From Bacilli bacterium (lineage in GTDB: Bacteria; Bacillota_I; Bacilli_A; ML615J-28; CAG-698), in contig JAFZWP010000022.1 of the NCBI GenBank assembly GCA_017617065.1, positions 141,214 through 205,213 of the forward strand: a stretch of DNA of 64,000 nt, written 5' to 3'. Positions 56,763-64,000 of this stretch are shown piece after piece. The first letter of the stretch is position 1. The number at the start of each line of letters is the position of its first letter. The notes under the pieces are model-generated. The model was not told the origin of the DNA. It worked only from the letters and a program-made list of their open reading frames with translations, and did not search any database. Both the position numbers and the translations under genes were made by a program.

Positions 56763-57751
56763 TATCTCACCATCGTAGCATAGATTACAGCTTTAATTGT
56801 ATGTAATCTATTTTCTGCTTCATCAAATACTACTGACTTGCTACCTTCAAATACTTCTTCAGTTACTTCTAAGCCATCAAGTCCAAATTTTTCATATACT
56901 TCCATACCAATTTTTGTTTCTAAATTATGGAATGATGGTAAGCAGTGTAAGAATATGGCATCTTCTTTTGCTTTAGCCATAAGGGCGCTATTTACTTGAT
57001 AAGGAAGTAACATCTTAATTCTTTCTTCCCATACGCTATCAGCTTCACCCATTGATACCCATACATCAGTTACTACTACATCAGCATCTTTAATTGCTTC
57101 TTCAATGTTTTCCGTTAAAACAATCTCAGCGCCAGTAGATGCAGCCACTTCTTTACATTTATTAGTTAATTCTTCAGTTGGCCATAAAGCTTTCGGTGCA
57201 CAAGCAGCAAACTTCATTCCCATCTTAGCAGCGCCAATCATTAATGAATTACCCATATTGTATCTAGCATCACCAAAATATGCCATTTTGATACCAGCTA
57301 GATGTCCTTTATGTTCTCTAATAGTAAGTAGGTCAGCTAAGATCTGTGTTGGATGATATTTTTCCGTTAAACCATTCCATGTAGGGACACCAGAGTATTT
57401 AGCTAAGCACTCTACCGTTTCTTGTTTAAAGCCACGATATTCAATACCATCAAACATTCTACCTAATACTCTAGCTGTATCTTTAATAGATTCTTTTTTG
57501 CCCATTTGACTTCCAGTAGGTCCTAAGTATGTTGCATGCATTCCAAGATCGTATGCGGCTACTTCAAAAGCGCATCTAGTACGAGTAGAATCTTTTTCAA
57601 ATAATAAAACAATATTTTTACCTTCTAAAACATTAGTTTTAATTCCTCTTTTTTTCGCATCTTTTAATTCAGCTGCTAAATCTAATAAATAATTTATCTC
57701 TTCTGGGCTAAAATCTAAAAGTGTCAATAAGTTTCTTTTATATAAATTCAT
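56762..57751 (-). CDS. arcB: Ornithine carbamoyltransferase (catabolic context)
   Basis: [13 protein letters not shown] and FLHCLPSFH motifs, 329 aa. Confidence 0.88.
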   Translation of the reverse strand: MNLYKRNLLTLLDFSPEEINYLLDLAAELKDAKKRGIKTNVLEGKNIVLLFEKDSTRTRCAFEVAAYDLGMHATYLGPTGSQMGKKESIKDTARVLGRMFDGIEYRGFKQETVECLAKYSGVPTWNGLTEKYHPTQILADLLTIREHKGHLAGIKMAYFGDARYNMGNSLMIGAAKMGMKFAACAPKALWPTEELTNKCKEVAASTGAEIVLTENIEEAIKDADVVVTDVWVSMGEADSVWEERIKMLLPYQVNSALMAKAKEDAIFLHCLPSFHNLETKIGMEVYEKFGLDGLEVTEEVFEGSKSVVFDEAENRLHTIKAVIYATMVR

Positions 57752-57754
57752 ATT

Positions 57755-58963
57755 TTACTCTCTTTCTAGTGGCATACACATACATCTAGGGCCACCTCTA
57801 CCACGTGATAATTCGCTTGATGGAATCGTATGCACTTTTATTCCATAATTTTGTAAAGTTTTATTTGTTATATCGTTTCTTTCATATGCAATTACTTCAC
57901 CCGGAGCAATTGCAATTGTATTAGAGCCATCACTCCATTGTTCTCTAGCTGCAGATACACTATCTTCCCCTCCACAAGGAATTAATGTCACTTTTTTGCC
58001 AATGTAATGTTCTAATACTATCTCTAATTTATCATTCAATTCTTTAACTTTTAATTTACCATAGTTTTCTTCATCTTTAGTAACTTCATAAATCTTTAAA
58101 GAATCATAACATTCTTTATGAATCGTAAATTTATCATAGTCTACTTGGGTAAAAACTGTATCTAGATGCATAAAAGTGCGCATCTTGGGAATCGTAAAAG
58201 CTAAAACTCGCTTTAATGAAGTTTTATTTTCATAAAACATGTTTTTAGCAAGGCGCTCAATTGCTCCACTATGGGTTCTTTCACTTACCCCAACAATCAA
58301 TGTTTCTTTATTTAATACTAAGATGTCGCCGCCTTCAATATTTAATTCATTATCACGATTATAGAATAATTTAGTTCCTTTATAATCTTTATGATATAAG
58401 AAAATGTATTTTGCATATATAGTTTCTCTAGATCTAGTTACCGAATACATCTTATTTAGACTAATTCCATCATAAATTGAAGCAAATGGGTCTCTAGTGA
58501 AATATAAATTAGGCATTGGATTGCAAATAAATGGGTAATCAACTACATGATCTGTCAAAGTAATCTTATTATGCTTTGGCATTTCACTTTTTTTAATCCC
58601 TGCCATTGTTTTTAACACTAATTCTTTAGGATCAGATATATTATTTAAGTATTCAGTTACAACTTCTTTTAGCGTTTCACTATGAATTGCTGCTTCATTT
58701 ACAAATTCAATGATAAACTTATGCCTAATATCATCATCTTTTAATACTTCAGCTACTAAATCTTCTAGATATACTACTCTAACACCCGCTTTTCTAAACG
58801 CATCCGCAAACGCATCGTGTTCTTTTTGGGCAAGTGGTAGCCATGGGATATCATCAAACAATAATTCACCTAAATATTTAGGGATTAAATTGTTTAATTC
58901 TTCTCCAGGATAATGGAGAAGTACTGTTTTTAGTTTGCCAATCTCTGAAAATACATTAATCAT
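57755..58963 (-). CDS. arcA: Arginine deiminase
   Basis: N-terminal INVFSEIGKLKTV, C-terminal GRGGPRCMCMPLER (catalytic Cys). Start set at ATG 58963 (GGAGG 6 nt upstream). Confidence 0.9.
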   Translation of the reverse strand: MINVFSEIGKLKTVLLHYPGEELNNLIPKYLGELLFDDIPWLPLAQKEHDAFADAFRKAGVRVVYLEDLVAEVLKDDDIRHKFIIEFVNEAAIHSETLKEVVTEYLNNISDPKELVLKTMAGIKKSEMPKHNKITLTDHVVDYPFICNPMPNLYFTRDPFASIYDGISLNKMYSVTRSRETIYAKYIFLYHKDYKGTKLFYNRDNELNIEGGDILVLNKETLIVGVSERTHSGAIERLAKNMFYENKTSLKRVLAFTIPKMRTFMHLDTVFTQVDYDKFTIHKECYDSLKIYEVTKDEENYGKLKVKELNDKLEIVLEHYIGKKVTLIPCGGEDSVSAAREQWSDGSNTIAIAPGEVIAYERNDITNKTLQNYGIKVHTIPSSELSRGRGGPRCMCMPLERE

Positions 58964-59552
58964 TATCTTCCTCCGCACTAAAAATCCTAATTATTTTATT
59001 AATTATTCTAACCATTTCGCTAATTTCTAACTTTGGAATCCTTTTATCATCATCTTGGCCTATAAAACTAGGCAAATGGATAAATAAACTAGGTATATTC
59101 AACTCTTTTAAACAACAATAATACACAAAGTTACACAAATACGAGCCCGCATTTTTAGAAATTGTAATGCTAGTTTCGTTTACTTCATTAATTATACTTT
59201 GCAAATCAAGATTAGTATATAAATAATGACTAGAATTCGGATAAATTTCCTCATTTGGGTAGTATTCATCCATATCTTTAGCCCTATAATTGTTTAAATT
59301 AGTAGCTCTAGACTCAAGTGATATAGCTTCTCTACCTCTAGCCTGACCTAACATCAAAATTAAGTCATATTTATTTTCGAATACTTTACTCTTTATCGTT
59401 TGAAAATCTTTTTGATACTTTACTTCTAGCCTAATTTTGTCCACATTTTCAAAATCAATTAATTTAGCCACTTCTTCGCTAGAATTAGTATTCATTTCCC
59501 CAAAAGGAGCAAAATAAGTAAGCATTATTTTTTCCATCACTTTTTGCCTCAT
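58956..59552 (-). CDS. pcp: Pyroglutamyl peptidase I (C15) family protein
   Basis: Triad context LGQARGREAISLE (Glu), AGSYLCNFVYY (Cys), LFIHLP (His). The start may instead be ATG 59537 (GAGG 9 nt upstream). Confidence 0.75.
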   Translation of the reverse strand: MRQKVMEKIMLTYFAPFGEMNTNSSEEVAKLIDFENVDKIRLEVKYQKDFQTIKSKVFENKYDLILMLGQARGREAISLESRATNLNNYRAKDMDEYYPNEEIYPNSSHYLYTNLDLQSIINEVNETSITISKNAGSYLCNFVYYCCLKELNIPSLFIHLPSFIGQDDDKRIPKLEISEMVRIINKIIRIFSAEEDND

Positions 59553-59601
59553 TTTTTTCTCAATTTACTGTATCATTTTATACTTATTTTTTAAAAATAT
59601 C

Positions 59602-59620
59602 AATAAGGCAAATTTTTAGG
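59602..59620 (+). repeat. Direct repeat copy 1: AATAAGGCAAATTTTTAGG
   Basis: Matches 59678-59695 except for one extra T. Immediately followed by TATAAT (59621-59626). Confidence 0.8.
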
Positions 59621-59677
59621 TATAATCGCGTTTACTTGCAATCTTAAAACTTATTTGAATAAAATGCCAAATTAGAA

Positions 59678-59695
59678 AATAAGGCAAATTTTAGG
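59678..59695 (+). repeat. Direct repeat copy 2: AATAAGGCAAATTTTAGG
   Basis: See copy 1. Followed by further GGCA-(A/T)n units at 59694, 59717 and 59767, and an inverted copy at 59665-59668. Confidence 0.8.
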
Positions 59696-59794
59696 CAAAA
59701 TTGGCCTTAATTTTTTGGCATTTTAAACGCACCCCTAAAATTTATACATATACTTTTATAAAAAATGGCATTTTTTAAAAATAGCAATTTTTTG

Positions 59795-59822
59795 GGCTTA
59801 TTTTTATATTCAAAAATAAGCC
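59795..59822. other. AT-rich hairpin GGCTTATTTTT-atattc-AAAAATAAGCC
   Basis: Perfect 11-bp arms with no U-tract on either strand. Confidence 0.5.
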
Positions 59823-59985
59823 ACGAATTTACACAAATTTTGTCCCATTTTTTGCATCTATTTTTTCATTAGTTCTTAAGCTTGCTTTGAACTCGTAAAT
59901 ATATCTAAAATTTCTTGCTTTTTTGTCAATTTTTAAAAAAACAGCAAAAAGCAAACTGTAAGTGAGGCAGGCTTTTTAAAAAAAG

Positions 59986-60023
59986 CCAAAAAATAAGAGG
60001 CAAAATCTATTAATTTTACCTCT
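59986..60023 (-). terminator. Rho-independent terminator after the methyltransferase gene
   Basis: AGAGGUAAAAU-UAAUAG-AUUUUGCCUCU (one G-U pair) followed by UAUUUUUUGG on the minus-strand RNA. Confidence 0.7.
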
Positions 60024-60036
60024 AAAAAATCGAGTT

Positions 60037-60612
60037 TTATTTCTTTTTTAATACCATTAAGTAGAAAGTATCATCATCTACCCATTTTTGTAACTCAAAA
60101 TGGTCTAAAAAATCATTTGATTCTTCAATTGGAGAAGTAATTTCTCTACTAATATGCAGATTTAGGCCACTGTGATGCTTTCTTAAAGCACTTCTTGACA
60201 TGCCGTGAGCAATAACTAGTTTACCATTTTCTTTTAGTAAGCTAAAAGCTTTATCTTTTAAAGCTAATTTATCTAAAAAATGAGGGTATGCATTATATAT
60301 TATTATAAAATCATACTTTTGAGCATCACAATATTCATAAAAATCAGCACATTCAAACAAATATTTGTTAGCTTCAGGATGTAACCCTTTAGCACCTGCT
60401 ATCATATTCTTACTTATATCGATTGCTTTAACTAAAGTATCTGTAATTTCATAAATAAATGGTGTGATTATTCCTTTTCCGCAGCCGACATCTAATACTT
60501 TATCGCCTTTTTTTAACTGTATTGCTTTTAGAATCTTCTTTATAATGATAGGATCATCGGTATTATGCCAGTTAGGTGCTGCCTTATCAAAAAAATCTTT
60601 AATTTCGTTCAT
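60037..60612 (-). CDS. Class I SAM-dependent methyltransferase
   Basis: Motif I VLDVGCGKGI, 191 aa. Confidence 0.75.
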   Translation of the reverse strand: MNEIKDFFDKAAPNWHNTDDPIIIKKILKAIQLKKGDKVLDVGCGKGIITPFIYEITDTLVKAIDISKNMIAGAKGLHPEANKYLFECADFYEYCDAQKYDFIIIYNAYPHFLDKLALKDKAFSLLKENGKLVIAHGMSRSALRKHHSGLNLHISREITSPIEESNDFLDHFELQKWVDDDTFYLMVLKKK

Positions 60613-60617
60613 TTGTC

Positions 60618-62174
60618 TTATTTTTTCTTATCCTCGTAATTGATTTCTGGAAATTCATCAACACTATATGGATAAACTCTATTGATTTCTGATTTATCGT
60701 GCTCATCATACCAAACTTGACCATAGAATGGGACATTAGCAGCAATGTAATCTAGATTCCATGAATCTTCTTTAAAGCAATCAAGGCACCAATGGCCAGC
60801 GAATAATACTGCATATGGAGTTGCATAGAACTCATGACCTTGAAAGCACCTCCAACGGAGTGGTTTATATATATCACCTTTCTCCATTTTCGTAGATAAA
60901 CACTTGCCGCCTCTAAACTCAGCTGCCTTGATACAGTCAGATAGCTCAATATCTGCTGGTTTTTTGTATTCATCAAAGCCAAGGTATGATAATTCCATCT
61001 TAGAACCGCTTCTTGCTTCTTCGTATCCTTCTTCTTCGCACCATAATTTATAGAAAGACCAATCTTCTCCAATGGCATTATAGGCATCTTGAGATCCATA
61101 GAAGCAATCAATTCTACCTTCAATATTGTGATCTACCCAATAACGAGGGGAATTTGAATCTTTAAATAATCTCTGAATCGCTAGTTTTGATATCCAAGAC
61201 TTGGGAATGATACGACCAATTTTAAAATACCAATGATGTGATGCATATTTTTTCCAAAAATATGAATAACTTTTATTTAAATAATCTGTATAGCTATTTA
61301 GTACTAGTGAGTCTGCAAACCATACGCCATGGAAATTACGACTTACGTTATAATTTGGTTTGAAATAATCTTTTGCGCTTCTTCCTAAAACCGAAAAGCC
61401 ATCATTAATCATTTCAAAACCGGTTTTTCTACCATCAATTCCTGATCCAACATTATATACTTTATTCCAAAAATCTTTTGCTAACATTTTAGAAGCATCT
61501 TTTAAGATAATATTTTTAAATAAGATAGCTGTATCATAATCGGTTACCCATTCAAGGGGGCCGTTAAACGTTGTATGGAACAATAAGCCATCATTTAGAT
61601 TCTTAAATATCATATTTTTATATAAAACTGCTGCTTCTCTTAATGATACATAGTATTTTAAATTAGAATCAAGTATTGCTCTTTCTGCTACAATCTTTGA
61701 ATAGCCATAATAATCATATGGGACAGGTATTAAAGGGTCGCCAACCCTTGCCCAAGGGTGGGTTTTACCACGTGAGCCATATTCAGCTAGACTTGATACA
61801 TAGATTAAGTGGATATTATCGCCATCAAAATCGCTTAAGATGGCATCAATTATATTTTTAGTTCCATCAATATTTGTTCTAAGTGTTCTTTTTGGATAGT
61901 GATCAGCAACTGGTGGAATAACTCCAGCTGCATGAATAATGTATTCACAACCATGTACAAATCTTACACAATCGCTTTTATTAGTAATATCACCATACAT
62001 TATCGTGATATTGTTTTTATATTTTGCTTTTAGGCGTCTAGCAAATCTAATGTTTTTCTTACTTGGACGGATAATAATTTTTAAAGCAATGTTATCAACG
62101 CCAAGTAAAATAGGTATACTAGCTTTGCCAAGTGTGCCAGTTGCCCCAGTTAGGCCAACATTGATTTTAATCAT
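60618..62174 (-). CDS. Extended-SDR NAD(P)-dependent epimerase/dehydratase-like protein with a Cys/His-rich C-terminal extension of about 180 aa
   Basis: Rossmann GLTGATGTLG, catalytic YGYSK. The C-terminal region contains CFQGHEF...HWCLDC. 518 aa. Confidence 0.65.
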   Translation of the reverse strand: MIKINVGLTGATGTLGKASIPILLGVDNIALKIIIRPSKKNIRFARRLKAKYKNNITIMYGDITNKSDCVRFVHGCEYIIHAAGVIPPVADHYPKRTLRTNIDGTKNIIDAILSDFDGDNIHLIYVSSLAEYGSRGKTHPWARVGDPLIPVPYDYYGYSKIVAERAILDSNLKYYVSLREAAVLYKNMIFKNLNDGLLFHTTFNGPLEWVTDYDTAILFKNIILKDASKMLAKDFWNKVYNVGSGIDGRKTGFEMINDGFSVLGRSAKDYFKPNYNVSRNFHGVWFADSLVLNSYTDYLNKSYSYFWKKYASHHWYFKIGRIIPKSWISKLAIQRLFKDSNSPRYWVDHNIEGRIDCFYGSQDAYNAIGEDWSFYKLWCEEEGYEEARSGSKMELSYLGFDEYKKPADIELSDCIKAAEFRGGKCLSTKMEKGDIYKPLRWRCFQGHEFYATPYAVLFAGHWCLDCFKEDSWNLDYIAANVPFYGQVWYDEHDKSEINRVYPYSVDEFPEINYEDKKK

Positions 62175-62199
62175 TTTTATCCCTCCTTACTTTATTCTA

Positions 62200-62233
62200 A
62201 ACAAAACTAACCATTTTTTTGGTTAGTTTTGTT
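62200..62233 (-). terminator. Hairpin after pta (atypical terminator; U-rich 3' arm)
   Basis: AACAAAACUAACC-AAAAAAAU-GGUUAGUUUUGUU, then UAGAAUAAAG. Only 25 nt separate it from the SDR gene ATG. Confidence 0.4.
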
Positions 62234-62239
62234 AACTTA

Positions 62240-63211
62240 TTATTTTAATCCTGCAGTAATGATTGCCATTTGATATACTTCGTAGGCATTGCATCCACGA
62301 CTTAAATCATTGATTGGTGCATTTAATCCTTGAAGAATTGGTCCAAAGGCATCAAAGCCGCCAAGTCTTTGGGCAATCTTATAACCAATATTACCAGCAT
62401 TAATATCTGGGAAAATAAAAGTATTAGCTTGTCCTGCAACTAAAGAGTCTTTTGCTTTAGTTTTAGCAACAACTGGTGATACCGCTGCATCGAATTGAAG
62501 TTCGCCATCAACTGGGTAATCTAAATTCATTTCTTTTAATTTATTAGCAGCGCTTCTTACTTTATCTACGGCTTCACCTTTACCAGAGCCAAGTGTAGAA
62601 TAAGATAGCATTGCAAGCTTTGGTTCAATTCCAAATGCTTTAGCAGTTCTTGCAGTTTCAATTGCAATTTCTACTAATTCATCATCTGATGGGAATAAGT
62701 TAATTGCACAGTCGCCCATTGCTAGTTTTTCTTCTTTACCATCTTGGTTTCTAAATAAAATAAATGAACTAGAAACAATTTTACTACCAGGTTTAGTCTT
62801 AATTATTTGTAAAGCAGGTCTTACTGTATCAGCAGTAGAATATGTAGCTCCACCAAGTAAGCCATCAGCTAAACCCATCTTAACTAACATTGTGCCAAAA
62901 TAATTTGATTTTTTAAGTAAGGCCGCGCATTCTTCTTTGGTTTGTTTGCCTTTTCTAATTTCAGCCATTAAATCAACCATTTGATCCATTTCTTTATAAC
63001 TTAGTGGATCAACGATTTCAATGCCATCAATATTAAAGCAGCCCTCGTTTGCTTTAGCTTTTACTTCGTCTACATTACCTAAAAGTAATGGTTCTAATAA
63101 ACCTTCTTGTTTTAAGCGTGATGCTGCTTCTAAGATACGTGGATCATTACCTTCAGTAAAAACTAATTTTCTTTTGTTTTGTTTTAAAACTTCAACTAAC
63201 TTTTCTAACAT
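62240..63211 (-). CDS. pta: Phosphate acetyltransferase
   Basis: 323 aa PTA_PTB-type sequence (FTEGNDPRILEAA..., INDLSRGC). Confidence 0.9.
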   Translation of the reverse strand: MLEKLVEVLKQNKRKLVFTEGNDPRILEAASRLKQEGLLEPLLLGNVDEVKAKANEGCFNIDGIEIVDPLSYKEMDQMVDLMAEIRKGKQTKEECAALLKKSNYFGTMLVKMGLADGLLGGATYSTADTVRPALQIIKTKPGSKIVSSSFILFRNQDGKEEKLAMGDCAINLFPSDDELVEIAIETARTAKAFGIEPKLAMLSYSTLGSGKGEAVDKVRSAANKLKEMNLDYPVDGELQFDAAVSPVVAKTKAKDSLVAGQANTFIFPDINAGNIGYKIAQRLGGFDAFGPILQGLNAPINDLSRGCNAYEVYQMAIITAGLK

Positions 63212-63259
63212 TTTATTCCTCCAAAATACGATTTCATTATACTATCTTTAATTATTATT

Positions 63260-64000
63260 TTAAAGCAAATAGATATTTTGTTTTTTAAGTTCTTCTAATT
63301 CTTGCTTATCCCATACTGATACTTGTACTTCTCCAATATGAGCTTTACCGAGCATATACATACAAAGTCTACTTTGACCAATTCCGCCCCCAATTGAAAG
63401 TGGGATTTTGTCATCCATTATCCATCTACAATATTCATTATTAACTTTATTTAATTCATTTTTATGCGTTAATTGCTTGATTAGACTAGTTTTATCTACT
63501 CTAATACCCATACTAGATATTTCAAAAGCGATATTATATAAATCATACCAAAGTATTATATCGCCATTTAGATTCCAATCATCATAATCGGCTGCTCTAC
63601 CATCATGACTAGCCCCATCCTCAAGCGGCCAACCTATTTGATATAAAAATACAGCTTTATATAAAGAACATATTTTATTTTCTCTTTCTTTGCGAGTTAG
63701 GGCTGGATATAAACTCTCTAACTCACTTGTGGAGATAAAATAAATATCATCAGGTAAGTCACAATTTTTAATACTAAATTCACTAGCTACTTTTTTATTT
63801 ACAACTTTAATACATTCATAAATTTTTTTAACTGTTTCTTTTAAGTAATCTAGGTTTCGATCTTCACTAGATATTACTTTTTCCCAATCCCACTGATCAA
63901 CATATACTGAATGCATGAAATCAACTTTTTCATCACGACGAATAGCATTCATATCAGTATATAATCCTTCATGCATTGGAAAGTTATATTTAGCTAGTCC
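63260..64000 (-). CDS. asnA: Aspartate--ammonia ligase (asparagine synthetase A), C-terminal 246 codons (5' end beyond window)
   Basis: HSVYVDQWDWEKVI and SIGGGIGQSRLCMYMLGKAHIGEVQ motifs. The frame stays open from 63976 to 64000. Confidence 0.88.
   Translation of the reverse strand, partial: GLAKYNFPMHEGLYTDMNAIRRDEKVDFMHSVYVDQWDWEKVISSEDRNLDYLKETVKKIYECIKVVNKKVASEFSIKNCDLPDDIYFISTSELESLYPALTRKERENKICSLYKAVFLYQIGWPLEDGASHDGRAADYDDWNLNGDIILWYDLYNIAFEISSMGIRVDKTSLIKQLTHKNELNKVNNEYCRWIMDDKIPLSIGGGIGQSRLCMYMLGKAHIGEVQVSVWDKQELEELKKQNIYLL

Noticed and set aside
59621-59670. ARG-box-like (TGAATAAAATGCCA, 59656-59669) and cre-like (TATAATCGCGTTTAC, 59621-59635) matches upstream of the arc operon
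   Set aside because: Each deviates from the consensus at several positions, and this is DNA where such matches arise by chance. They are mentioned only as leads, not called as features.
59766-59870. 34-codon plus-strand ORF (MAFFKNSNFLGLFLYSKISHEF...) in the long intergenic region
   Set aside because: There is no SD, the composition is Phe/Leu-rich as expected from random AT-rich sequence, and it overlaps the hairpin at 59795-59822.
5377-63251. All remaining 60-160-aa plus-strand ORFs and alternative-frame minus ORFs nested in long minus-strand genes (for example 5377-5640, 12229-12516, 16749-17108, 21913-22269, 32066-32536, 40701-40955, 48246-48428, 50195-50386, 60752-61123, 61939-62226)
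   Set aside because: Each lies entirely within a longer gene that has clear family motifs. They have hydrophobic or low-complexity compositions typical of antisense frames in AT-rich DNA, and no SD was seen.
1-64000. CRISPR arrays, IS elements, prophage or integrative elements, rRNA genes, structured riboswitches
   Set aside because: No regularly spaced direct repeats were seen, and no transposase, integrase or phage-like ORFs. Apart from 59553-59985, every intergenic gap is under about 210 bp and is accounted for by promoters, terminators or the two tRNAs.

Overview
AT-rich, densely coding chromosomal segment of a low-GC Firmicutes-type bacterium. Supporting points: gene orders hpf-secA-prfB and rbgA-rnhB as in Bacillus, and presence of an LCP enzyme, signal peptidase I and long-form HPF. 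The genetic code is standard, because RF2 is encoded and TGA terminates a clear gene. I count 53 protein-coding genes (two cut by the window edges) and 2 tRNA genes. Fifty of the 53 CDS and both tRNAs are on the minus strand, often with overlapping or near-touching stop/start codons, and many units end in a recognisable hairpin plus U-tract terminator. I saw no rRNA, CRISPR array, transposase, integrase, phage genes or recognisable defence genes. Most of the window is housekeeping: translation factors, SecA, LeuRS, an FtsK-family translocase, MarR plus an ABC exporter pair, an arginine deiminase operon, pta and asnA. The parts I cannot explain with textbook functions are listed here. (1) An 8-gene operon mixing DUF362, a PfkB kinase, a HAD phosphatase, an Sfp-type PPTase, a GlpA-like/FAD-oxidoreductase/DUF1667 trio and a CofE-like ligase. 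(2) A bicistron of a PII-like small protein and an RCK-less CPA2 antiporter. (3) A single-pass membrane protein with extracellular collagen-like repeats and a large cytoplasmic domain, carrying a perfect 36-bp tandem duplication. (4) A six-module repeat protein coupled to mscS. (5) A two-gene module embedded between two tRNA genes, one of which has C33 instead of U33. (6) An EF-G paralog lacking the switch II histidine. (7) A 430-bp AT-rich intergenic region with reiterated GGCA-(A/T)n motifs upstream of a pcp-arcABC-decarboxylase operon. (8) An SDR protein with a Cys/His-rich C-terminal extension paired with a methyltransferase. All family assignments come from motifs read in the translations and from memory. 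No database search, HMM, folding or tRNA software was run, so none of these is shown to be novel.
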